64,000 nucleotides of DNA. Origin: Lingula anatina (lineage: Eukaryota; Animalia; Brachiopoda). The stretch lies in NCBI GenBank assembly GCA_051362555.1, contig CM120644.1:24574534-24638533 (forward strand), given 5' to 3'. The notes beneath the pieces are model-generated. The model had not been told where the DNA came from. It did no database searches and saw only the letters and a program-made list of their open reading frames with translations. Shown here in pieces: positions 36,950 to 48,186 of this stretch; position 1 is the first letter of the stretch, and every line of letters begins with the position of its first letter. A program made the position numbers and the translations under genes.

Positions 36950-37103
36950 AGGGATCACGGCATTCAGGGGCCACATCTACGCTATAGGTGGATTTAACGG
37001 CATAGTTCGCATGAATTCTGCAGAACGCTATGATCCTGTAAAAAAGACCTGGACGCCCATAGCTGAGATGATGACACCCAGGAGTAACTTTGCAGTTGAG
37101 GTG

Positions 37104-37145
<42 letters not shown>

Positions 37146-38006
37146 GCACACACACATACAGTTGTACCTAGCTTGTTTGAACTTTAATTCCTGTTCGGAG
37201 TACAAAATGCATTTTTTTGCCCCACACCCCCTTAATAAAATTCTGACCAGCATGTGCTTAGTTCTAACACATATGATTAAGTCAAACATAACCGGACGTG
37301 AATTACCATTCTCAAAAAGCGTTTTTTTTTTATACAAATAAAATATCAGTCAAACGAAAAACTATAAATAAAATAAATATCATCAGAAGTAAACAGAAGA
37401 AAAAGGTTAGGCGGTTTTATGACATCTTTCAGGTAATAGATGACCAGATATTTGCCATTGGTGGTTTTAATGGAATGACAACAGTGTTCTACGTTGAGTG
37501 TTATGACTACCTCGCCAATGATTGGTAAGTTATTTCTCAATCCGGCGCACAGTTTGGGCAACAGGCTGAGCTACTGACCTCAAGCTGACTTTGGAATCAA
37601 TGCACGCTTGTTCTCGACTTAATTCAGTGCATAAAATAAGACGCAAATCTCTCGAAACCGAGAACTCTATTATATATAGAACTGTGAAGAGTCAAATACA
37701 TAATAAGCATATACATGTGCAAAGTAATTTAGAGTATTTTCCCTTTTTCATTTTGTTTCCGCCATCATTTTCGATATTTTCCAAATTAACTTCTTCATAT
37801 TATTGCTTTTCAGGTGGGACGCCACAGATATGAACATTCAACGCAGTGCTCTCAGCGCATGCGTGGTAGATGAACTTCCTAATGCGCAGGTCCGACAGTA
37901 CCTGAGTAAAGAGCGGGAACATTTGTTGGATCCAGCGATTCCTCCAGCAGACGACACTCAGGTGGACTACATCCGGGAACAGGGCACGGCGTCGTCTGCT
38001 TTTTAG
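33442..38006 (+). CDS. KLHL10: Kelch-like protein 10 homologue (BTB-BACK-6 Kelch), 11 coding exons, about 626 aa
   Basis: GT-AG exons with consistent phases: 33442-33487, 33937-34211, 34470-34860, 34999-35177, 35495-35606, 35838(or 35844)-35988, 36219-36388, 36610-36732, 36952-37100, 37433-37524, 37814-38006 (sum 1881 nt). Motifs recalled as KLHL10-typical: ACDVFNDLR, RPRLP..LFVIGGWSGGSPT.AIE.YDSRADRW, RCYVSV, QRSDASA, GGFNGNECL, PRSNF, RSALSAC. Confidence 0.9.
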
Positions 38007-38399
38007 ATGAAAATGAAGAAAAAAATGGACGCAATTGCATATTTCTTGAAACATATTTAAAAATAGCAAAGAGCACGCACATTTTGAATACTATAACATG
38101 GAAATTTGAAGAGTATTATTCCTGGTTAACAAAAGGTCAAAATATGATCACTGTTTATCACAATGTGCATATATGTATTTTATCACTGTTTTGTTCTATG
38201 AGGTCCTATTACAATGTTCTTGGTGAACGCGGTTATTATTTTAGTTCACGTTTATATTCTTTGTTCTAAATATACTCACCGACACATCTTCAAATTGTGT
38301 TAAATTCGACTTCACATTTCTCATTTTTTTATTACGTCAAGCTTTCCTGGTTGATTTATTTTGCACCCTTTATTAAATAGAATAGTTTCTTTAAATTAA

Positions 38400-38671
38400 G
38401 GGATAACAACTGTTCGAAAGCTATCCACAATTCCTAATAAATACACTGTAAACAACTCATAGGAACATCACATATTCTATTTTACATCAAAAACGGCAGT
38501 TATAGGTATTATCCTGATATTTGAGCTTGTCTTGAGACCACGTGACCTGCATAGATGGCTATACTTTTAAGAAAAATTCCAAGGCCTAACTTTGAATGTA
38601 GAACCGAGGGAAAAGTGTTGTTTTCCCCAGGAAAATTATTTTTAGTGGCCAAGTTGAATAGTTGTTATCCC
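38400..38671. mobile_element. Kolobok-like MITE family B, degenerate copy
   Basis: TTAA-GGGATAACAACTGTTC ... GAATAGTTGTTATCCC; shares internal motifs with 53994-54356. Confidence 0.6.
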
Positions 38672-38989
38672 ATTGATAGAAACGTACAACTAAAAGTAAA
38701 AGACTTATGCTTTAAAAAAATTAACGGAAATATTGAAAAAGCTAAAGATGGATATAGTCATATATGACGTAAGTTGCAATTCACTTAAAACTTAAAAGGG
38801 GAATGGAGGTCGCATTTGGTACCACTGGTTTGATTTTTTTAAGGTCAAAAATTAAAACTTAAAAAATATTATTATTAAGTGATAATTGTATATTGGAATT
38901 TTATTTATTTCGAGCTAGAAAACAATTTTCACTCACTGGCGAGTTTCCAACAGGCGAACAGCGGTCACGTGCACACACACACACACACA

Positions 38990-41900
38990 AACGCAAATAC
39001 GCACATGCACAAAGACTATTCTCAGAGAAATGTTTGCGAGCAAAAGAGAGGTCAAAGGGGCCATTGGTACGAACTATATTTATATGAATTACCAGAGGCA
39101 AACTTTTTTTAGTTTTTACCACAAATCAATTCATTAAAGACTTGAACTGAACGCCAGGGGGCTTCCAAAGGCTTCGGACCTCCCGATTACTAAGCAAATT
39201 CAGACCGCTTTATATATGTTTCTCAGAAAAGATTTCCAGGAAAATGGTTTGCATGCGTCATAGTTGCTTAGAATATCCTGCCTTTTAGATAAGACGATGT
39301 TTAACATTTCAACAAAACTAGTAAACGGTAACATAGGAAGATCTCGCAGCGTGTTAACGATTAATGATTATTCTGATAATTTCAACCAGAGGCACACTTG
39401 AGATCGTTTCACGTTAATTTCATTTTATTCTCACACTATCTATGTTTTCCGTGTAAGCCGTGAAGGGGGAAGGATTGTTACATTTGCAAAGGAAGGAGAT
39501 CAAATTTCTTACCTGGAGTCGAGGCGGATATATTTTTAGCTCTCTCTCTCTCTCTTTTTCTCTCTCTCTCTCTCACGTAGAACATGCGCAGGGCTGGGGC
39601 TGATATCATTAACGATTTTAGCCTGAAAACTGGTTTAAGGTTTTAGACCTATATATGAGCTAGGGCTTTTTCGTTGAAAGTATAAAAAGTGAATATCGCA
39701 ATTTCTGAAAAAAAAGGAAACATTTCGAAAATGAAACGCTGAGCAATTAAAAAAATGCCTGAAATCCAGAATCGATGCATTAGCATCAAGCATACTTTAA
39801 CTGAATTTTGGGAAAATAGTTTTTACATTTGCTTTGACATTTCCAGTACGATATAATTTTTTTTAAATAGTCCATTGATTCACCCACAGGGAACAGGTTG
39901 GACTTTGCTGGCGTCCTATACCTATTGACTCCACTGTAACAACATCTGATCTCTTTATTTTGACCATGTAACATTATTCAGGTCCAAACACACATGCAAA
40001 CACACATTTCCCGAACAGATTATTCTCAGATAAATATTCTGGAGCAAAAGAGAGGTCAAAGGGGCCATTGGTACGAACTATATTTATATGAATTACCAGA
40101 GGCAAACTTTTTTTTAGTTTTTACCACAAATCAATTCATTAAAGACTTGAACTGAACGCCAGGGGGCTTCCAAAGGCTTCGGACCTCCCGATTACTAATA
40201 AAATTCAAACCGCTTTATATACGTTCCTCTGACAAGATTTCCAGGAAAATGGTTTTCAGGCGTCATACCTGCTTAGAATATCTTCCCTTTTGAATAAGAC
40301 GAGGTTTAACATTTCAAAAAAACTAGTAAACGACAACATAGGAAGATCTTGCATCGTGTTAACAATTAATGATTATTCTAATAATTTCAACCAGAGGCAC
40401 AATTGAGATCGTTTCAAGTTAATTTCATTTCATTCACACTCTACCTGTGTTTTCCATGTAAGCTGCGAAGGGGGAAGGATTGCTACCTTTGCAAAGGAAG
40501 GGATCATATTCCTTACCTGGAGTCGAGGCAGATATTTTTAGCTCTCACTTTCTCTCTCTCTCACGTTGAGCATGCGCAGGGCTGGGGCTGATTTCATCAA
40601 CGGTTTTTAGCCTGAAAACTGGTTTTATGTTTTAGACCTATATATGAGCTAGGGCTTTTTCGTTGAAAGTATAAAAAGTGAATATTGCAATTTCTGAAAA
40701 AAAAAATGGAAATATTTCGAAAATGAAGTGCTGAGCAATTAAAAGAAATGCCTGAAATCCAGAATCGATGCATTAGCATCAAGCATTCTTTAACTGAATT
40801 TTGGAAAACGAGTTTTTTTCATTTGCTTTGACATTTTCAGTACGATATAAAATTTTAAAGTAGTCCATTGATACACCGCCAAGGAACAAGGTTGACTTTG
40901 CTGGCGTCCTATAGTTATTGACACCACCGTATACTCTGCTGAACTCCTTATGCCGACTATGTGACATTATTCAGGTACAAACAAACATGCAAAAAAATCA
41001 TTTCTCGAACAGATTATTCTCAGATAAATATTCGCGAGCAAAAGAGAGGTCAAAGGGGCCATTGGTACGAACTATATTTATATGAATTACCAGAGGCAAA
41101 CCTTTTTTTAGTTTTTACCACAAATCAATTCATTAAAGACTTAAACTGAACGCCAGGGGGCTTCCAATGGCTTCGGACCTCCCGATCACTAAGAACATTC
41201 AAACCGCTTTATATACGTTCCTCTGACAAGATTTCCAGGAAAATGGTTTGCATGCGTCCTAGTTGATTAGAATATCCTCCCTTTTGGATAAGACGAGGTT
41301 TAACATTTCAACAAAACTAGTAAACGACAACATAGGAAGATCTCGCAGCGTGTTAACGATTAATGATTATTCTGATAAATTCAACCAGAGGCACACTTGA
41401 GATCGTTTCACGTTAATTTCATTTTATTCTCACACTATCTATGTTTTCCGTGTAAGCCGTGAAGGGGGAAGGAATGTTACTCTTGCAAAGAAAGAAGATC
41501 ATATTTCTTACCTGGAGTCGAGGCGGATATATTTTTAGCTCCCTCTCTCTCTTTTTCTCTCTCTCTCTCTCTCTCTCACGTAGAACATGCGCAGGGCTGG
41601 GGCTGATTTCATCAACGGTTTTTAGCCTGAAAACTGGTTTAAGGTTTTAGACCTATATATGAGCTAGGGCTTTTTCGTTGAAAGTATAAAAAGTGAATAT
41701 TGCAATTTCTGAAAAAAAAGGAAATATTTCGAAAATGAAGTGCTGAGCAATTAAAAAAATGCCTGAAATCCAGAATCGATGCATTAGCATCAAGCATTCT
41801 TTAACTGAATTTTGGGAAAAGAGTTTTTACATTTGCTTTGACATTTCCAGTACGATATAATTTTTTAAAATAGTCCATTGATACACTCTCTGGGAACAAG

Positions 41901-42669
41901 ATGGATTTTGCTTGCGTCCTGTACTCCACCGCAACATCAGCTGATCTCTTTATGTTGACCATGTAACATTATTCAGGTACAAACAAACATGCAAAAACAC
42001 ATTTCTCGAACAGTTTATTCTCAGAAAAATATTCGCAAGCAAAAGAGAGGTCAAAGGGGCCATTGGTACGAACTATATTTATATGAATTACCAGAGGCAC
42101 ACTTTTTTAGTTTTTACCACAAATCAATTCATTAAAGACTTAAACTGAACGCCAGGGGGCTTCCAATGGCTTCGGACCTCCCGATTACTAAGATAATTCA
42201 AACCGCTTTATATATGTTCCTCTGATAAGATTTCCAGGAAAATGGTTTTCAGGCGTCATAGTTGCTTAGAATATCTTCCCTTTTAGATAAGACGAGGTTT
42301 AACATTTCAATGAAACTAGTAAACGGTAACATAGGAAGATCTTGCATCGTGTTAACGATTAATGATTATTCTAATAATTTCAACCAGAGGCACAATTGAA
42401 ATCGTTTCAAGTTAATTTCATTTCATTCACACTCTACCTGTGTTTTCCATGTAAGCTGCGAAGGGGGAAGGAATGTTACTCTTGCAAAGGAAGGAGATCA
42501 TATTTCTTACCTGGAGTCGAGGCAGATATTTTTAGTTCTCCCTTTCTCTCTCACGTAGAGCATGCGCACTACCTGTGTTTTCCATGTAAGCCGCAAAGGG
42601 GGGAAACATTGTTACTCTTGCAAAGAAAGAAGATCGTATTTCTTACCTGGAGTCGAGGCGGATATATTT

Positions 42670-42700
<31 letters not shown>

Positions 42701-42935
42701 AAACATGCACTGGGACTCCTTTCAAAAATTTTTAGCATTAACTGGTTTAGACCAAAATCTGAGCTAGGGGATTTGGGTTGAAAGCAAAAATGTGTACACC
42801 ATTTCTGAAAAAAAAATGTAAATATTTCGAAAATGACTCGCTGACTCGCTAAGGAATTTGCAAAACAATTCCCAGATTCCAGAATCTATGTACCTGCAAC
42901 AAGCATTCTATAACTTATATTTGGAAAACATAATT
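38990..42935. repeat. About 1-kb tandem array, about 4 units, alternating A-B-A-B variants
   Basis: CAAAAGAGAGGTCAAAGGGGCCATTGGTACG at 39041, 40045, 41039 and 42040 (periods 1004, 994, 1001); diagnostic variants shared by units 1+3 and by units 2+4. Confidence 0.93.
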
Positions 42936-43413
42936 GTTTTATATATATTTTCAAAAATGTTTAGCACAATTGTTGAACTTTTTTCTTTTTTTCTCATCTC
43001 TTTTTTTCTGTACAGTTATAATATCCATAACCAACTCGCATGATGCCTACATAGTTGTAGATCTATTCCACGCATATATTCATGTGCTTGATAACTTCCT
43101 ACTGGTCGTATTACACAATGTACTTTGTTTTCCTAAGTAAATTCTCCCCCCGCCCCTCCCCCCACCCACCCTTTCCTGCTGTAACTTCTTCGTTCCACCA
43201 AACGCTACGATGCACTTAAATGTGCTAACTAGGAAGGGGAGCATTTTTGGCAGACTTACACATTCTCACTCGCACACACGCACGGACACACAAACGCACA
43301 TTGGGATTGAGAGAGAGAGAGAGAGAAATAGAGAAATAGACAGGCGAGAGAAAAAGTGTGAGAGGAGGATCGAGAGAGAGAGAGAAAGTGAGAGATAGGG
43401 ATCGAGAGAGAGA

Positions 43414-43444
<31 letters not shown>

Positions 43445-44569
43445 TTTATTTCTTAAAACCGCACTACACTAGCGTCTCAGTGCTGTTTACAGGTAAAATT
43501 ATTAGGATTACAACTTATTATATATATAATAAAAGCTAAGGTAAAAAAAAAAAAAAAAAAAAAAAACAATTAAAATAATTAAAACTGGTTAAAATAGTAA
43601 TGGTCTGAATAATAAAACTTTTTTTCTGATAAAATGAGAAGATATTAATTAAAATGCTGTGCAAATAAGAATGTTTTTAAATCTTTTTTAAAAACCTCAA
43701 CACTGTCAATAGTCCGAATGTGTTAGGGTAATTGATTCCATAAAATTGATAAATAGACGATTCAGAGAGAGAAAAAGTGAGTGAGAAGGATCGAGAGAAA
43801 GAAACATTGGGAAGGGAGGCATACACCGCACCACCTGCCCGCTGTTCATACAATAACAACAATAGCTGAACTATAAGCTTATCCCGTGCTTGTATTCACC
43901 AGAAATAAACACGACCTTAAGCTATACACCTTTCGTATTAGGCCTTACAACGTCTTTGTTCATTTGCAAACCAGGTAGCTGTAAATTTATTCGCTTACTT
44001 TGTCGTCTCGATCACAGTGGACCAGGAGTAAATAGATCTAAATAAGCACTGCGACATGTAGGCACACGTCTTGCTTGGTTTAATTTTTTGTTCGTTTGAA
44101 AAAAGAAAAATGCTGTTCATTTTCTCACAGCAATAAGTTTCACCTGAGTTACAGACAAAGTGACGCTGATTGGAGTTTGTTATTAATTTCATTTCATTTG
44201 TGCTCTATTCTCATCACATATGCATCTTCCCAATGAATGTTGTACGGTAGTATTCTCTTCTAGATAGAGCAAATATACGACCCTACATATCATATAGTTA
44301 CGTACTACAAGACCCTGGACAAGTATAATACACTTCTAGTATTGCTAAGGTCTGTTATGGCATCCACGTAGCAACAGCGAGCTATTGGCCTATATGCACT
44401 CTCTGCTTTCATTGTTGTACTTCTTGTATTGAATATTTGACGCCTTTTGTTATATACGCACTTCAGTGAGGTGAGGTGAAATCAATACAAGGCAGTTTTC
44501 ACGTCAATAACCCGAAAGGGTCGGCCTCTACATAGGTCTGTGCCCAGCCTGGGAGGGAAAGACGCCAAG

Positions 44570-46759
44570 ATGGCCATGAAACATTTCTACAACGACTTCA
44601 GTGAAAACTTTTTAACTTGTCATATATGTCTGGAGGAATATAAAGACCCGAGAGTGCTCCCCTGTTACCACACGTTCTGCCTGGAATGTATTGCTGACCA
44701 TGCAGCCAAGAATGGTGTCCAGAACAAGTTCTCCTGTCCCGTGTGTCGCCAGCAGATTCCCGTACCTCCAGGTGGGTTTACCACCCTCGTGAAAGATTTC
44801 TTCTTAAGAAAAGTAACCGACTTCGTGAAAGGCCAAGCAGCGTCAGGGGGGACACTTTGTGAGTATTGCAACCATAAAAAGGCCAGTTTATTATGTCAGG
44901 GCTGCCCAGAAACCAACCACCTGTGTGCACCGTGCCGCGAATTACACGACAAAATACCCTCGTGCAAGGGCCACGAGTTTGCCCCTCTACCAAATGCTGA
45001 AATTCCATTAAATCTAACCAGCATACGAGAACAGTTATGTCAAGTAATAGGTAACACTCAATACTGTGACAAACACAGGAGAGAACCGCTGGCGTTCTAT
45101 TGTCAAGACGACGACACTGTCATGTGCAGGTTTTGTGAAGAAGGTCACAGCAAACACCATGTCAAGATGTTAGATACTGTGGTGCAGGCCCATAGGGAGC
45201 TAATACAAGAAAAGTTGAAATGTCTCCCACCTGAGAAATTGTCTCGTTTTGATAAAGCGGTAGAGGCTTTAACACGAATCCAAGAGAGGCTTACAGAAAA
45301 TCAGGCAGAGGTTATGCGTTTGGTGGAATCACAGAAATTAGCTATGACACAGGATATTAATGAAAACAATAAAACTATTGAACGAGAACTCAGTGATTAT
45401 TATCAGCAAGTTGAGAAAGATGCCAGGACTCAGAAGGGGGGGAACTTGGCAAATGTCAAACAGCATTTGGAAACTTACCGAACAAAAGTAGAGTCTGATT
45501 ACACCAAATTGAAAGGCAATGTAGAAAACATAAGCAAGGCAATATTGGCAGAAGTTAAGGCACTCACCTCCTCCCAGGTGAAAACTTTAGAAGCTGAAAA
45601 AGACAAACAAGAAACCAACAAGATTTTCATACAAAGTGTCCAATATTTTGCTCAGCAACTTATAGACTCCGGCTCTAACATCGACGTCATGACCCACTCT
45701 AAGAAACTCCAGACTAGAATCCAAGAGTTAGAGACATTAGAACCACTCATTGCCATCATGACCACCGACGTGACGTTTACGCCAGGAAAAACAAAAATGG
45801 ACCACGTGCTACAGTTTCCTAAAATTCCTGAACCACAGCTGTCCATCAAAACGGGGTCCATTACGGCCAAAACATACCACGGTCCATTGGGTACGTATTT
45901 TGGAAGTTTGAAACAAGTGATAGCGTACCCTTTTGAATTGGAGCAGTTTCAGAAAGCCACGTGGCTACAATGGGCGAAGCTGAGCCATCGTTTTCGTGCC
46001 AAGGGTTGGCTGGGAGACATACAGTGCACAGAGGACGGGTGCATTATAGCTGCATATGGCATTGCAGCGTCCGTGTTCTCCAACACAGGTGATTGCCACT
46101 GCGACTTCGACACAGAGGAATGGGTCAAGTGTATCACTACAGTCAGCAACGATAAATTCGTGGGCACAGCGAGAGATAAATTCTGCAGGTTGTATTCAAC
46201 ATCAGGTCGGGTTATCAAATGTTTTGGTCAGTACGAAATGTCTGAACCCGGGGGTGTCACGGTGGACCGTACAGAGGGTAAGATTTACATATGTGATGAA
46301 AGTGCACAGTCCATGTGTGTGTACGACTTGAAATCGTTTAAACTTGTCAACAGAATTCCTATCCCAATGTGCAGTAAAGGTTCGCTGCGCTGTGCATACC
46401 ACCACGGCATCAATGCAATCATAGTCAGCGACTACAGTGCCCACTGTGTGTATGCAGTGACACCCCAGGGTGACGTCATGTTCCAATACGGAGCACGAGG
46501 TCAGAGTGGAAGTGGAGACGGGCAACTAAATTATCCTAGAGGAGTGTGCTTAGATAAGTTTGGACACATTTTCATAGCTGACAGGGGGAATAACAGAGTA
46601 GTTGTCCTCGGCACAGACGGAAGATTTCTGCGCAATATTCAAATATTTAGCAGAGACATTCTGGAGCCCAAGTGCGTCGCTATTAATAACAACGGAGAGC
46701 TCGTTATTGGAAATGAACAGAGTGATTTATTAACGTATAAGTATATAGAATTGAAATGA
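44570..46759 (+). CDS. Intronless TRIM-NHL E3 ligase-like protein, copy 3 (729 aa, more divergent)
   Basis: RING peptide identical to copies 1 and 2; B-boxes, coiled coil and most NHL blades clearly diverged; ATG at 44570 in GCCAAGATGG context. Confidence 0.95.
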   Translation: MAMKHFYNDFSENFLTCHICLEEYKDPRVLPCYHTFCLECIADHAAKNGVQNKFSCPVCRQQIPVPPGGFTTLVKDFFLRKVTDFVKGQAASGGTLCEYCNHKKASLLCQGCPETNHLCAPCRELHDKIPSCKGHEFAPLPNAEIPLNLTSIREQLCQVIGNTQYCDKHRREPLAFYCQDDDTVMCRFCEEGHSKHHVKMLDTVVQAHRELIQEKLKCLPPEKLSRFDKAVEALTRIQERLTENQAEVMRLVESQKLAMTQDINENNKTIERELSDYYQQVEKDARTQKGGNLANVKQHLETYRTKVESDYTKLKGNVENISKAILAEVKALTSSQVKTLEAEKDKQETNKIFIQSVQYFAQQLIDSGSNIDVMTHSKKLQTRIQELETLEPLIAIMTTDVTFTPGKTKMDHVLQFPKIPEPQLSIKTGSITAKTYHGPLGTYFGSLKQVIAYPFELEQFQKATWLQWAKLSHRFRAKGWLGDIQCTEDGCIIAAYGIAASVFSNTGDCHCDFDTEEWVKCITTVSNDKFVGTARDKFCRLYSTSGRVIKCFGQYEMSEPGGVTVDRTEGKIYICDESAQSMCVYDLKSFKLVNRIPIPMCSKGSLRCAYHHGINAIIVSDYSAHCVYAVTPQGDVMFQYGARGQSGSGDGQLNYPRGVCLDKFGHIFIADRGNNRVVVLGTDGRFLRNIQIFSRDILEPKCVAINNNGELVIGNEQSDLLTYKYIELK

Positions 46760-47429
46760 CATAGGAGCTAACTCCGTGATAATTTTTGTCACCAACAACA
46801 ATGAGGACAATATAATGGGACACCCGACTAACGAGCTTCGAACTACTTGGGGTGACAATGATTGTTTCAGCCAGCTGTCTCAACCAGCGAAATTGGCCGT
46901 TCCAGAAAGTCGTCTCCACTGTCACAATGCATCGTCCCAGCCAGCATTTCTGCTAACTTGCAACTTCTAAAAATGTGACTGACCATGGTACCTTAGCAAT
47001 ATTGTAAAAACATGCACTTACAATCGCTGTTAGGACACAGCTAGCTCGGTATTACACCTGTATAACAAACACTAAAAAAAAACGGTTCTGGTTTTTCTAA
47101 ATGTAAATTGCAGCTTAAATACTTAGAAAACCAATTCCTTGAACTGCAAACCAGATATATGGAAATGTTAACAGATTTGAAAACATGTTTTATTTATGAA
47201 ATATTTAACTGTCATTCAGTAGATGTAACATTATATTTTTCTAAAAACATTAAAATTTTTAATTCAAAATATATTGTTATTAATGGGTTTTAATGTCTGA
47301 ATGGTTTTGTGTAAATGGCACTGAGATACATGTGCAGTGAGATTCTTAAAGGAAATTATTTATCATTGTTATAATACTACCATCAATACCGGAAAAGCAG
47401 TCGGAGAACGCATAACTTCGCAAATAAAA

Positions 47430-47614
47430 CTGTTTTTTTAACTGATAATTAATCATTGTTTAATAAATAGATCATAACCTAAATCTAATCACTTCAATGG
47501 TAGACCATTTCTGGCCTAAACTGCTAATTCCATCAAAATACATGAATAACTTCTTGAGAAGAGACAAACAAATGAACAAACAGAGGTGAAAACATAACTT
47601 TCTTGGCGGAGGTA
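47430..47614 (+). mobile_element. Probable Helitron/Helentron-associated non-autonomous element 3' end
   Basis: ACAA-rich short repeats followed by GGTGAAAACATAACTTTCTTGGCGGAGGTA, resembling the terminal stem-loop of HINE/DINE-type elements; left limit approximate. Confidence 0.5.
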
Positions 47615-47744
47615 TCTATCCTGCATACTTGTAGAGATGTTAACAGGAGGGAGGCATCACACTGGTGGAAGACTGGCAGTGTAACATGAACGTGTCTCCA
47701 AGTTTCAAATAATTGGTTGTGAATTCCTGTTTTATTTATTTATC

Positions 47745-48186
47745 CCGGCCCGTAGCCAGGGGTGGGGGTGAAAGAACCCCTTTTCGCCAGGAAAAGGTCC
47801 TTTCTGGGCAAACATTTATCTAGGCATATGAAGTATTCATTACAAAAAGATCCACATGTTCAGAAAAATAACCCCCCTCACGAAAATGCAGTAGTATCGA
47901 AGTAGCAAAGAAGCATTAACGCAGTAGTGGTGTGGAGCATATTTGCAGTAGAAATGCAGTATAGCCTACTGCAATTCCACTTCAAAAATTACATAGGGTT
48001 GTACAGAGGAGGAGCATTAATGCAGTAGATTAGCAGCATGATAGAAGCATGTTTCAAATATGCTAATTAGCCCCCACATCGAAGCAGATTTGAAGCATGT
48101 TTGCAGTATGATTGCAGTAGTCTACTGCGCTGGAGTATCTACTTCGTTTTCGTGCGGGCGCGCCCCTTTTGCTGGCTACAGGCTTG
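47745..48186. mobile_element. hAT-like MITE family C interrupted by a nested element
   Basis: GGCCCGTAGCCAG ... CTGGCTACAGGC termini; internal AAAGAACC and AAAAGGTCC motifs shared with 57180-57355. Confidence 0.55.
47875..48158. mobile_element. EnSpm/CACTA-like MITE (CCC termini) nested in family C
   Basis: CCCTCACGAAAATGCAGTAG ... CTACTTCGTTTTCGTGCGGG TIRs; many internal GCAGTA/AGCAT repeats. Confidence 0.65.

Noticed and set aside
39500-39530. CTTACCTGG resembles the 5' end of U1 snRNA in a tandem array
   Set aside because: Sequence after ACCTGG does not continue as U1 and lacks its stem-loops; better read as a minus-strand splice donor
39400-39620. Spliced-leader RNA gene interpretation of the 1-kb unit
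   Set aside because: No conserved Sm site downstream of the donor across units (AATTTGA versus AATATGA); kept only as a test within the finding, not called as a feature
44180-44500. ISRE-like TTTCATTTC and related motifs upstream of TRIM copy 3
   Set aside because: Too common in AT-rich DNA and not shared with the promoters of copies 1 and 2
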